A DNA stretch of 63,895 nt, the filler included, from Octopus bimaculoides (lineage: Eukaryota), in NCBI RefSeq assembly GCF_001194135.2. It is 9 parts of 9 records of this genome, joined end to end, with 100 filler letters (N's around TTAATTAATTAA, not from the genome) between each part and the next. Parts side by side here need not be neighbours in the genome. Positions count along the whole stretch, not along the records: positions 1 to 28,803 come from NC_068985.1; 8 more parts are not named here. One strand, written 5' to 3'. Shown piece by piece: positions 12,836-25,289 of this stretch. Within the stretch, counting starts at the first letter, position 1. The number at the start of each line of letters is the position of its first letter. A program made the translations under genes and the position numbers. The notes beneath the pieces are model-generated. The model was not told the DNA's origin, searched no databases, and saw only the letters and a list, made by a program, of their open reading frames with translations.

Positions 12836-15800
12836 ATATTCACATTATAACAACTAATAATTTGAATGTATAATTTCATATTTAAAAAAATGTTAATGAT
12901 TCTAAATGTGTTTATTTACTTCTGTCCTATTTGTGTGTATATATTAGATCAAGAAAGTTTCTTGTATTAAAGGCAAGAATACGGAAATTCATGAATGAAA
13001 CGATCATTTTTGTATCAGAACAGGATAAGTATTTGGACATGTATTTGAAATTAGTTATTCAATTACATTCAGCTTCTGGAACATCTTGAAACATGTCATG
13101 TCTGTTTATACATATGTATGTATGTATAAACTTACACACCTATATCCATATACGCCTATGCATACGAATATATGTAAATATACATTGATATATATATATA
13201 CGTACATGCCCATAATATATATACATATATACAGGTGTATGTATATGTATTTATAAATGTATTATAAATGTATATGTATAGGTATTTGTGTGCCAATGCA
13301 TCACACAAACACCAATACATACATGTATACTTATGTATTTATATGTATACATATATAGGTGTGTGTGTGTGTGTGTGTGATTTTGTATGTGTGGGTGTGT
13401 TGCGTATATATGAATAGATGTACTTTTATAAATTTAAGAATTGATTGTCCGGACAGCGAACTGTCATTCGTGATGCAGATTGTGGCTTTCGTTCACTGCC
13501 CAGATTTGACCGAAATTCAGAGTAGACTGATTACCTTTGAAATCGTTATGATATCAATGTAGATGCCTATATTCACGCGCACACAAATATACAAACGCGC
13601 GCACGCGCAAAAGCACATACTAATAGATATATATGTAAAAGCCTGAAATAAGTATTGTTATAACTTTCGAGACATTTTTAATGTGCTTTTCACATGTAAT
13701 TGTCATACACAACTAGCGCAAAGAGAAATATGCGAAAGCGATCATTTAAGGAAATATGGACGTATTCCGTCGCAGGGAAGTTAAATAGCTGCATACGTTT
13801 GAGATTGTGAGATAAAAGCATTTAAGGATAGATAAAAATATGTTAGAGTACATATGAGAAGATATTTGTGTGTGTGTGTGTGAGTGTGTGTGTGTGTGTG
13901 TGCGTGTGTGTGCGTGTGTGTGTGCATAAATACATATATACATATGCACACACACACGCTACCGATATAGGAAAAGGAAGATTGAACAGTCACTGGTGTC
14001 GCAATTAGCTACCCGGTGGTTGGCAATGATTACATGCTACTAACTAAACTTAACGAGACATCCTTACGTGGCGCTTTCTAGCACCCTTACTTGTTGCTGC
14101 TTGGCGATTGTCGTTCGCTAAATATTTGTAAAGTTCGTGCTTCTGATCAAATCAGAGGAAACGGTTCTTATTTCTGTTCAAATACGGAACGTCTTTGAGT
14201 GATAGTTTCTTCCGTCGATTAATGGTATGAATTTGGTTTTTCGCGATGTACTTATGACTTGTAGAAATGTAGCTGTTCTAATATATTATTGTTTCTGATG
14301 CATATAAGGGATTTATTTACAGACGAGTGGCTAATTACAACTCTAGTTAATGTTTAGTCTCTGTTTTCCTACATGGATAGCGAAATATTTCCCTTTACAA
14401 TGCGGTTGGTACTGAGTATATATTACTGACAATGACAAATGCGGCAGATATACGCATCTAAAATATGGATAGTCTCAGAGTACCAGCTACTTCTGGCTAA
14501 GGAGACACAATGTGTGAAATACTCGAGTCTTAGACTACGGTGACAAATGAGTAATGTGTGTCGAACGCATTAATGTATAAGGAGGAACTTATTCCCTTAA
14601 TACATACACTACATGCCTAGCATATTTTGCTTCCCAAAAGCATAGCCGTGCTAAGAATAATTAAGCAAATGTTCATTTCAGATCTCGCTGTAGACGGTAC
14701 AAATAACAACATCCTGTATATCGGATGCCTACATATTTGTGTATGAGTTAAGTATTTGGGTCCAAAATCCTTTTTTTTTTAATATTCTCTTGTGTTCGTA
14801 ATGAATTCTAACTGATGATTGACCGCATGTTATTTTGGCTAAAACGTTTTTATAACCGTTAATGTTAAGTTGTTCTACTTTCATGAGTTTGATAGATTTC
14901 TCTTAAAATCTATATCGCATAACTTATTTTATAACTCCTTTAACATTATAATTTATAACTGTATGCAGACTATATTTCTGCGACTCATCTTACTGAATGG
15001 ATCTTTCATACTTTTGGCGAAATATTAATATATTTCACTTCACCCAGTTCATTCTTTCTCATAACATTTCTGATAAGGTAAGAAGCAAAAACGTTATGTA
15101 GATTTAATATTATAATTATGTAATTGTCGCCAAAACATGTATAATGAAGTTATTAGTAATAAAATTCGCACTGCATTCTTATGCATTGTATTATACAAAT
15201 TCTTGTTGAAAGGTGTAGGTGTCTATGTGTTTTTTTTTGTTTGTTTTTAAGTGAGACTAAATCTGGCGCAGTGACTGATTATTTCTGTAGACGGTGTAAA
15301 CAATGGTGTATTAAAGCAATTTACTCCTGACTTATTTCTGGCATCAATATGATCACCAAATGTCTTGAACATTGTATACTTTTGGTCACTTAAAGTGACT
15401 GAGACAAGTAAATTAAGAAATATATTCATAATAATACTCTCCAATAACGAGTTCGCGATTCTACTCTTTTCACGCTTTTAAGAAAACGGTTGATGCTGTC
15501 ATTAAGCGAAGCAATGGAATAAATAATCGTAGATGTACCCTGATTATATCATATACAAATTGTTAAAGGCGAATAAGAGCACAGGGAAAATAGAAAGAAC
15601 GATGAAGTATCAATAAATATTTTTTACAAATATTCTGTGTAGAAAAGACTTACAAAATGCTGGAAATTCTGACACTGTTTACAAATTCGTATTTCAACTC
15701 AAATCAGACGAATAGGTTGTTATATAAATACTAGAATATATTTTGTAATATCAATTATACAAATACATTTTTTTTCGTTTAAAAGTATTATATATTGGCC

Positions 15801-17104
15801 AAACTTTTAAGCAAAGAGCTCAAACGTTTTGAAAATTCAGTAATGTCTATGAATACAGAGGTACACACACTCGTAAACACACGCGCGCGCGCGTATACAT
15901 GCACCATGCATGTATAATGTGTAGCGTTGAACATCTGTATCAATGGTTAGAATATTGTATATTACTTGTTCATCAAATTATCGTGTTAGAGTCTCAGTAT
16001 CCGATAGTCAGCAAGTTTTGGAGAAGCAAAACTTTTAACTATTCGAACACCTGCGCGCATTCATTGGTACACGTACTCGGCAGCGCATGCATACATACGC
16101 AAATACTGCACACATACACGAATGAGTATATATACGTATAACTATGCAAATGAAAGAGACAAACAACAGATTTTGTTAAGCTGGAAAAGAATGTGGTTAA
16201 ATACAAACCCATTAATTGGAAAACTGAAGTTATTTGTATTGCGTGCAAAATGTTTTAGACCTTCATTCTGACTGATGGTTTACAAACACCATAGAGAAGA
16301 AAAGGTGATATGGATTATAGTAGGTCACGTTGTGCACTGTTTAAGTTAATATAAATATGTTACAAGTACGGAAGAGATTCAACTCTGTCAATACTAAATT
16401 TCTTTCACAGTACACTAGCATACATTTGGAATTGGTTTCAATTGCTAGCCGGTTCGAATGACTCAAGTGCAAAAGAAATGTTCCTCTGAAAATGCTTTTG
16501 GGAATGTTATTGGATTTTCTGCGGCTGAATACTGCGTAGGGCTTTACAATAGAAGGAGACAAATTAACTGCATAAATCTTGCGAGAAATATATCGAAATT
16601 ATCTATTTCAATGCAGCCATGTCCATGGTCTTTACATTTCTAAATCAAATAAGCCAAGAAACAGTTTAAATTGTTTTTGAACATAGAATGTTACACATAT
16701 TCAGCAAACGGTCGCTTGAAGAGAGATAATTATGCCTATATTTCTGCCGACTACAATTCTCTGGAGATTCTGTTGGTTTATTATACTGCAGCTCTGGAAT
16801 GGGTGAATTCTCTCTACGAGCAAAATGTTTGACATTGGCAGCATAGCACGTGGGTTGTAAGTTTGCCTACTGTGGTTTTGTGCGGCTTTGATTGTGAGGT
16901 GTGATGATGAAAGCGTTGTTGCATTATTGGATGTTTGTGTATATACACATAACTATGGAGTAGATTTAGTGAAGCATAGTGTGATATTACATGAAAGAAA
17001 CTATTTGTAGTGTAAGGCTGGAAAATTGCAATATGAAAAGCTATGTATATAAAGTAAACTATAATAAGAAAATAAAAAATTTGGAGTTTTACTTTGTATT
17101 TTTA

Positions 17105-18222
17105 TGTGCTTGGGTTACGACCGCTTCTTCAGACAAGCGAGGGTTCAAGAAAGGTTGTTGCTCAGATGTGAGCGGTAGGACGATGACATGCTCAGACTGA
17201 TGTTGCTATACTAACAAATCTGCTTCATGTAGCCCTTTTCTGTTATTTATAGCCGGTGTCAGATGGCTGATAAGGAGAGGCTCCATAATTCTGAGAACCC
17301 CTCTATTGCGTTGATTTGTCCTGATGGATGCCGTGAAATCCTCGGTATTGTACTTCTAAACGTGATTTTTATAGAAGTATCTGTGGACATGTATTCCTTG
17401 ATGTGAACGTGCAGAATCCTGGTGATGCTCCCAATGTAGGGTGCAGACTACAACGTATACCACTTAGGACCTCGAGAACATTTTGAAGTCGTTCGATAAC
17501 GTGCGCACTATAATGCTATTTGTGGTGATATTTCAAGCAAAATTTCGACTAGGATAGAGTGATGTACACCAAATTTATGTGGATTGAATGTTGTATATTA
17601 GCTGCAGTTCTGTCGTTGAAGTGGGTTAGTTTAAGGAATCACATGACAGATTCAGGACTGTGAGTCTTCTTATATGATTTACTCATTATGGTGTTGTTTA
17701 ACCATAGTCGTTTGGAGGATAGCCGTTTTTTAGGGTTAGGTTTCGTGAGGAACCGCTTGGTTTGATAGACTTCTCAGCACTGTTGCTGAACCTGTCGCTT
17801 GCTTATAGTGCGACTTTGAACGTGTGTGGATTTGGCTTTCTTTGAGAGGGTTAACTCGTAGTACTCAATCAGCTCCCTGCAGGCAGATTACCTGTAAAGT
17901 TGGTATAGGCGGAACCCTGCTATCTAATGCTGAGTTGAAAATCGAGCAAAGAGAGAATTCTGGACACGTCTGGGTTTTCACTTTGAAACTTTATATGCTG
18001 GTCGACGTAATTAAATTCCTGGCGTATGTCGATCACCTCGTCCCGGGAGGAGGTACGCACCAGGATATTGCCAACTATCTGGAGAAAAAGACTCATGGCA
18101 AGTAGGTGTTAAGCGCTGTGCTCTCCACTTGGTCTTTGTAAATGGTGGCCATCAAGCTTGAAACTTCATCGGCAGACCTGATACCAACTTGTAAGATACA
18201 CCGTTATACTGCAAGTTGTGAG
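17105..18222 (-). mobile_element. Penelope-like retroelement, 5'-truncated (RT C-terminal half plus GIY-YIG), decayed
   Basis: Minus strand: HNLQYNGVSYKLVSGLPM..SSLMATIYKDQVESTALNTY..FFSR(YVDD decayed)ILVRTSSRDEVIDIRQEFNYVDQHIKFQSENPDVSRILSLLDFQL, and later SAPYIGSITRILHVHIKEY (GIY-YIG). Confidence 0.8.
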
Positions 18223-18223
18223 T

Positions 18224-18437
18224 GAAGAAGAAGAAGAAGAAGAAGAAGAAGAAGAAGAAGAAGAAGAAGAAGAAGAAGAAGAAGAAAAAGAAGAAGAAGA
18301 AGAAGAAGAAGAAGAAGAAGAAGAAGAAGAAGAAGAAGAAGAAGAAGAAGAAGAAGAAGAAGAAGAAGAAGAAGAAGAAGAAGAAGAAGAAGAAGAAGAA
18401 GAAGAAGAAGAAGAAGAAGAAGAAGAAGAAGAAGAAG
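18224..18437 (+). repeat. (GAA)n microsatellite, about 71 units with one interruption
   Basis: Directly visible; it produces the poly-E, poly-K and poly-S pseudo-ORFs. Confidence 0.99.
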
Positions 18438-18452
18438 GGGAGAACATGAAGA

Positions 18453-19479
18453 AAATCTAAGTGGCTCCTTAACTGATCGGATGTGATATGTGAAATAGAA
18501 CTTTTGAGGGCAAGGTAATTTATATTATGCTTCGATGCATATATGCAATCGTTCTTCCAATGCATACCTTTCATAGATATACCTTGTAAATCGCAAAAAC
18601 CAACAAAAGCCTTTTTTAATACAGCATATATAACATTGCGTGCCAAGTGAGAATATCGGTAAACAACATACTCATGTTTGAATTGTGGTTTATGAGATTA
18701 TTTCAATGAATATTGAAAACCGATTATTTGCCCGTCGGAAATTGCAATAATTAATTATTCACAAGTCGTTTAAATTTCCTTAATCTCCCATTTCATTCAA
18801 CCGACCGAAAATGCAATATACAAAGTCCTCGAATAATCATGAAATATAGATCAGGTTCCAAACAGTTAAAAGAATATTAACAGTGGTATTTCTAAATATC
18901 GTAAATATTTAACTAAAGGTTCAGAAATGTGATTCATATGTTTATAGTAAAAGCAAAATGTACTTATTAAATAGCTCCCAATCTAATATTATGATAAAAA
19001 CAGGATATGATTTAATACATGACTTATTTTTTGCGACACGTTAATGAAATCTGATGTGTTCTAAAACTTTTACTAAGATAAATCTAAGTGGTTCCCTTTT
19101 AACTGATCGGATGTTATATGTGAAATATAATGAACTTTTGAGGACAAGGTAATTTAGCTTTCTAAAACATAAAATCTCGATAATTATTAAACTATTGCAA
19201 AATAAATTAGCCTATTGAAATATAGAGGGCTCGGGTGTAATTATAATAGCAGTTCCAAATATTAGCATTATGCATCAGCAATGCGTCTGTCCATCTATCT
19301 CAACCAATCACATTATAAATGTATTATGTCTACTCTTGCATGATTGCGATACAAGTTTTTGTACTATTTTATTTTCTATGTTTCTGCGGTTTACAAGATA
19401 TATTTTCAAAGGAATTCATTGGAAGAACAATATATGCATGGAAATATCTGTATGGAAATATATGCATCAAAGCATAATA
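18453..19479. repeat. Interleaved direct repeat (18453-18522 / 19080-19156) and inverted repeat (18523-18600 / 19381-19479)
   Basis: AATCTAAGTGG..AACTGATCGGATGT..GAACTTTTGAGG.CAAGGTAATTTA occurs twice in the same orientation. TTTACAAG.TATAT..CATTGGAAGAAC..ATATGCATC.AAGCATAATA occurs in opposite orientations. Confidence 0.8.
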
Positions 19480-19639
19480 ACCATGGCGAGGTTTGAATCG
19501 TTTTATAATAAATTTAATAAAGTTATTCTGATCGCTATATAGCTGTGAATGAGTGAAAGCTTCTGAAAAAAAAAAAGATGCAAGTTTTAGAGAATTGTGT
19601 TCCATGTGTTCCAAACTGTTGGTGCAGGCAAATAGAGTG

Positions 19640-20175
19640 ACATCACAACGCAGCGCTACGTTGACCGGACCCTGAGACCTCACTTCGTGCCCGTCTTCGC
19701 GCATTACCATAGCCACATTCTCCAGCAGGACAATGCTCTCCACCCCACGTGGCCAGTGTCACCATGGACTTCCTGCGTAATCACAACATTAGAAGCATGC
19801 CGTGGCCGACTCTCAGCCCGGATTTGAACCCAATTGAACACCTGTGGGACGAAATTCAGAGGCGGCTGAACAAGGTGATCCTAAGGCCGACTACTAGTGT
19901 GGAACTGGAAGCAGCTTTCTTCAGGGTGTGGGCACAGTTACTAATGGTTTTTATGAACCACTGCAAGCACTCCATGTACCGACGGTGTATACGGTATTGA
20001 ACATGTCACGCCCTACAATCTCGATGTTCTGGGTCCGCCCACTACCAGAACATACGACAACGACACATAGACAATAGTCAAAGTCCAAGAAATTGACTTT
20101 ATCAAAATCTCTGACATAATGAAAGTAAAATATATTTCACATCGCATACGTCCCGCATTTCTTTGCGGTTTAGTT
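19640..20175 (+). mobile_element. Tc1 transposon 3' fragment (D2-E region plus right TIR)
   Basis: ITTQRYVDRTLRPHFVPVF..LQQDNA..HVASVTMDFLRNHNIRSMPWPTLSPDLNPIEHLWDEIQRRL. The end GCATTTCTTTGCGGTTTAGTT resembles the reverse complement of the left TIR at 36875. Confidence 0.85.
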
Positions 20176-20534
20176 TATATATATATATATATNNNNNNNN
20201 NNNNNNNNNNNNNNNNNNNNNNNNNNNNNNNNNNNNNNNNNNNNNNNNNNNNNNNNNNNNNNNNNNNNNNNNNNNNNNNNNNNNNNNNNNNNNNNNNNNN
20301 NNNNNNNNNNNNNNNNNNNNNNNNNNNNNNNNNNNNNNNNNNNNNNNNNNNNNNNNNNNNNNNNNNNNNNNNNNNNNNNNNNNNNNNNNNNNNNNNNNNN
20401 NNNNNNNNNNNNNNNNNNNNNNNNNNNNNNNNNNNNNNNNNNNNNNNNNNNNNNNNNNNNNNNNNNNNNNNTATATATATACGTTTGTGAGTGTATGTAT
20501 GTATACATGAGTGCGTGCATACATACATATGAGC

Positions 20535-20565
<31 letters not shown>

Positions 20566-21498
20566 TATAGATAGACAGACAGACAGACAGAAAGACAGAC
20601 AGACAGAAAGACAGACAGATGGGCTATCGTTGGAATAATATAAAATGCAACTCTAAGATTAACTTCAATTTATGTATTTACATTTCTATAAATATGTATA
20701 CTATGCGCGTAGTAAATCGTATTCTTTGATAGGATTCGATTCTTAGCTCGCTGACTCACGATAAATATCTGTATGCTGCAGGTTAATATGAATATCTAAT
20801 TTAAATTCTTTGAAAATTTTAACAGGAATATATCTACAAAACTTCATATATGTGGAAGGAAATAATTTTTCTTTTTTTCGAACGCATGTGTGCTTAAGGT
20901 AATAGCTTTATTAATTCCTGAATTCAGTATGTTAATGCTTAATCATATGACTATAAGTAGAATATAAATATATAAGCTAAAGAATGCAAAACAAAGCATT
21001 GTATATTTAAATTTCGATTGATATTCTCGCTCTCACTCTTACTCTTTCCCTCTCTCCCTCTAGCCGCATGTCTACATTTTTCTTTGAATATTGTGATAGC
21101 TATATACTAATCATGAACGAATGAAGTAAAAAGAAAATCCATTATTCCATTACCTATGGAGCAGATAGAAAATAAGTTATTTTATGTAAAATATATAAAC
21201 ACTTCTGAAAAAAAAATTTTTAGGTATTCGATATTAAACGGAAAATATAGTCCAAGAAAGGAAAGCAGATAGAAATAATTTATATTAATAGATTATGAGA
21301 TTTTTTTTGGTGAATAAGACGACACCAAACACATTCAAATTATTGAAAGTACATATAGGTATTTAAAACAAATTGTAAAATATCAAAGAGCCATATTTGG
21401 CATTTAGGATGATCGGAAATAGATGAGTGTTAGTGACTGCTTTAGCGTAAAAACATGTTTACAATGCATTATAAGATTGAAAATTGTCAGTTTAATTA

Positions 21499-23633
21499 CA
21501 CTGGTCAACAGCCAATTTTCATCAGGGATATTATATGGTGTTTTATATGTAGTTTTGTCCGTGGATTTCAAAACTGTAATCGGTTTCCTTCTATCAGGCA
21601 CAGTTTTTTCTGTAATTTTATGTTTTCATAATCTTTTCTTTTCATAAATTTTACTTTCTGTTTAAGGTGCCAAGTCATCATCAAATTCTACTCAGGATGT
21701 TAAGGCATTGCAAGAACAGTCCTGATATATTTTGTCATGTCTGTGGTTCATTTACCACCAAAGTTCAGCAACGTGTCATCACAAGTGAAATCAAGAAGGT
21801 TTACCGGTTATACTTTGGCTGCTCTCTCGGGGATCAAGATAAGAGTTGGGCTCCGCATATCATCTGCTCAGCTTGTTCAAATGGACTAAGGGATTGGTTA
21901 AATAAGAGGAAGAGAGCAATGCCGTTTGCAATACCTATGATATGGAGAGAGCCAAAGGATCATTTCATGGGCAGTGTAAATGTATGTGGGTTTACTGTAA
22001 AGACCACGCATAAGATTGCGTATTCCAACTTGGAATCAGCAAGAAGACCAGTACCACACAACAATGATGATCTTCCTATTCTAATACCACCAGAAAATGG
22101 CCTTCAGATGCCTGATGAAAATGTATTTCCTGAAGAAAATATTACTGCTGTGGAAGACACTGAAGTGGATGCAGATTTCACGATTGAAAATGAAGACGTA
22201 CCACAGAAATTTTCTCAAGGAGAGTTAAATGATTTTAGTCAGAGACTTGTCATTGTTGAAGGATAAAGCTGAACTATTAGCATCTCGCCTACAAGAAAAG
22301 TGTCTGCTTAAGAAAGATGTTTGTATTACTCATTTCAGGAAGAGAAATAGGGATCTGATTTCATGCTTCTCTGTTGATGGACCACTTCGTTTCAGCAATA
22401 ACACTGATGAGTTATTTCGCTGTTTGTTCCAAGAGCATATTCCAGCTGAATGGCACTTATTCATCGATTCATCTAAGAGAAGCCTCAAGGCAATACTACT
22501 ACACAACGGCAATAAGAAACCATCCATTCCCATAGGACATTCAGTGCACATGAAGGAGTGTTATGAAAACATGCAAGTACTCCTCAATGCTATAAAGTAT
22601 AGAAACTACAGCTGGAAAATCTGTGGAGACTTGAAAGTGGTTGGAATGTTGATGGGGATGCAATCTGGGTTCATGAAATATTGTTGATTTTTATGCCTGT
22701 GGGACAGTCGTGCAACTAACATGCACTATGTGCTATTAGAGTGGCCTTTGCGAAAATCATATGAGCCGGGAGTTTCTAGCGTCCAGGGCAAGCCACTTCT
22801 AAGCCCAGAAAAGGTTCTTCTTCCCCCTCTTCACATAAAGCTTGGCCTCATGAAACAATTCGGAAAAGCTCAATAGGTTATGAATATGTGAAGGCCAAAT
22901 TTCCAAAAATCACCGAGGCAAAACTGAAGGAGTGCATATTCATAGGTCTGCAGATAAAAGAACTCTTGAAGGACAACCACTCCCTCACAGCACTGGATGA
23001 GATTGAGCTTAAAGCCTGGGAATCCTTCAAATGGCTCTGTGAAAATTTCCTAGGCAACAAGAGATCTCTAGAGTTTAGAAATAGAGTGAAATGTCTTCTA
23101 GACTCCTACGCTGCAATGGGCTGTCGGATGTCACTTAAAGTCCATTTCCTTGATTCACATCTAGACTGTTTTGCAGAGAACCTTGGAGCAGTGTCTGATG
23201 AGCAAGGGGAACGCTTTCATCAAGATATTGCATCGATGGAACAACGATAGCAAGGATTTTGGAATGCAGGAATGTTAGCAGACTACTGTTGGATGTTATA
23301 CAGGGATGAACCTGAGACAAAACACCATAGAAAGTCCAAATCCCAAAGATTTTAAGTTGTTATGCATTCGAGTGTATTTTAACTTATTTGTACACACTAA
23401 TTTTAATTTTCTACAATAAAAAACCATGAAATTATCGTATCTTGTATTCATTATACTTTATATAGACATGCTTTACGTATCCTATAAGTTAAAACAGCAG
23501 GTATCATTAACATGAAAATGTGACCCGATAGAGGAAATCGGACTTCAGATTCGTAATCAGCATCAACAATTAACCCAGAAAAATCAGTCAGTAACTCTGA
23601 TGATTAAAAAAAGTTTCATTTTGTTGACCAGTG
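21499..23633 (+). mobile_element. Full-length Chapaev3-type (CMC superfamily) DNA transposon, 2135 bp
   Basis: Termini CACTGGTCAACA...TGTTGACCAGTG (12-bp perfect inverted repeat), flanked by TTA at 21496-21498 and 23634-23636, enclosing one transposase pseudogene. Confidence 0.85.
21667..23355 (+). pseudogene. Chapaev3-like transposase with two frameshifts and two internal stops
   Basis: N-terminal Cys/His domain CKNSPDIFCHVCG..GDQDKSWAPHIICSAC..IPMIWREPKDH; WHLFIDSSKRSLK; ICGDLKVV..C*FLCLWDSR; LPPLHIKLGLMKQF; MSLKVHFLDSH..AVSDEQGERFHQDI..MLADYCW. Confidence 0.85.
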
Positions 23634-23805
23634 TTATCTCCGTATTTAACCAATAGAGAAACAATCACAACTTTGCAGAGAGGTAAATTAATCTTGAAAA
23701 TCAACGATTGGTAGACGAAATGCATCGAACGAATAAGGAAATTGCTAGAAACGTACAAATTATACGGATAGTTACTAACAGCTTTTGTGCTCCTTTAGTA
23801 CAGTA

Positions 23806-24102
23806 CAGATGTTCTGAAACTTTTTGGGCCACCTTTCCCCTCATGACTACATAATAGCCCTAGTACCCACCCCTATTTTTATGTTCAAATAAACATTATA
23901 TGTTTTACTAATATATATATATACTATAAATCATTTGATATTTAATATAATATTATATAATTTGTATACAATACTATAATAATATTATAATAGATTTATA
24001 GCGTCCCCCAATCCACTTCCTACTTCCCAACGCCTCCTTTTTCTCTAACTGGACTGTCCCAACGCCCACCGGGGGCGGCAGCACCCACTTTGAGAACCCA
24101 TG
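23806..24102. mobile_element. hAT-type MITE
   Basis: Ends CAGATGTTCTGAAACTTT / TTTGAGAACCCATG (decayed CAGTGGTTCTCAAA type). The 8-bp flanks GTACAGTA and ATATAGTA match at 6/8. Confidence 0.65.
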
Positions 24103-24225
24103 ATATAGTATGTTCCCGATGTTGAAATACGTATTTTACGTATGTTTCTGTGTGTATGTGTGTGTGTGTGCATGTGTGTGTGTGCATGTGTATGTGTGCA
24201 TATATATTACCTATATACTTACATA

Positions 24226-24350
24226 GGCTCAGGCACAATTGTGTGGTTAAGAAGTAGCGCTTTTATGTTACATGATTCCGGTTTCAAACTCACGGTGGGG
24301 AGATGTAGACATATGTCTTCTAGTATATCGCAGAGGAAACCAATGCCTCT
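24226..24350 (+). mobile_element. SINE family A head, degenerate
   Basis: GTGTGGTTAAGAAGT..CCGGTTTCAAACTC..ATGTCTTCTAGTATA, with A- and B-box-like motifs. Confidence 0.5.
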
Positions 24351-24610
24351 GGGTTATACTAGAATATTATACTCTACCCAAGAACAAACTATATATACAG
24401 GCCTACCTCGGCTTAAGTTATTTCGATTTAGGTCATTCTCGATTATACGTCGGTTTTCAAAAATAATTATCAAGTTCAGTCATTTTACTGGACTTTACGT
24501 CACAAATATTTCAGTCGTAATGTCACCAGGAAACCGTTTAAAAGCAAAGAAAATCATGTCACTGTACAATAAATAAGAATAAAAGCATATAAATAATATT
24601 AAATTATGTA

Positions 24611-25204
24611 CAGTAAATCTTAACATACACACCATAATATAGTGTAGCTTAGTGAATGAAATCATGAAGTGAGCTGTGGCCTTATTTCTAGGGCTTTAGG
24701 AGCTCATATTGTACTGTAGTTCCAATATCTATCATTAGGTGTCGTTGTCACTTGTGATCCTCAAGATTGTTATACATTCAGATTTGTTTACGTCTGTTTA
24801 TCGGCTACTTTCTCATTCTCATTCATTTGTGAGTTTATGTTTTGCTCCCATGACTCATATGAAAATTCATAGTGTTATGCGTCATGCTAACGCTGGAAGA
24901 TAAACCGGCTATGATAAAACGTCATGAAAAAAGTGAAAACGTGGTAGCAATTGCACGATCTTTGGGGATGGGTCGGACAACTGTATCGACGGTTGTACAT
25001 AAGGACAAGATTTTAGCACACATGTTTTTTTATTAACCATGTATTATAGAAATTGCATTCATAAATAAAGTACAGAACCGTGAATGGCTATTATTGGTTT
25101 AGCCTGGAGAAAGAAAATTCGGCCTAGCCTAGCCTAGAGACAAGTTAATTCGATTTAAGTCGTGTCTCCTGGAACCAATTAACGACGTAGGGTGAGGTAT
25201 GCTC
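24611..25204 (+). mobile_element. pogo/Tigger-derived non-autonomous element with a CENP-B-type HTH remnant at 24884-25020
   Basis: MLTLEDKPAMIKRHEKSENVVAIARSLGMGRTTVSTVVHKDKIL. The right end TTAAGTCGTGTCTCCTGGAACCAATTAACGACGTAGGGTGAGGTATGCTCG-TA is Tigger-like; the left end is TA-CAGTAAATC. Confidence 0.65.
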
Positions 25205-25289
25205 GTATAACCTTCTTTTATATCAACATTTATTTTACTTTATTTTCAACCAATGCTTTGCAAGTTCAACGAGAATATGGCATAATTTG

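Noticed and set aside
14812-14855. CUGAUGA hammerhead-like cores here and at 39234-39266 (minus) and 9555-9580 (minus)
   Set aside because: GAAA is missing or stems I and III do not pair, and there is no associated PLE; expected by chance in AT-rich DNA.
15247-15444. Minus-strand 65-aa ORF (MESIIMNIFL..HCARFSLT)
   Set aside because: TTG start, no recognisable domain and no convincing splice sites on that strand.
18152-18646. Poly-E/K/S/F proteins, and poly-D/M/S/L/I/N ORFs at 29286-29822, 31439-31788, 32063-32663 and 54438-54761
   Set aside because: Translations of trinucleotide microsatellites, with no splice or domain context.
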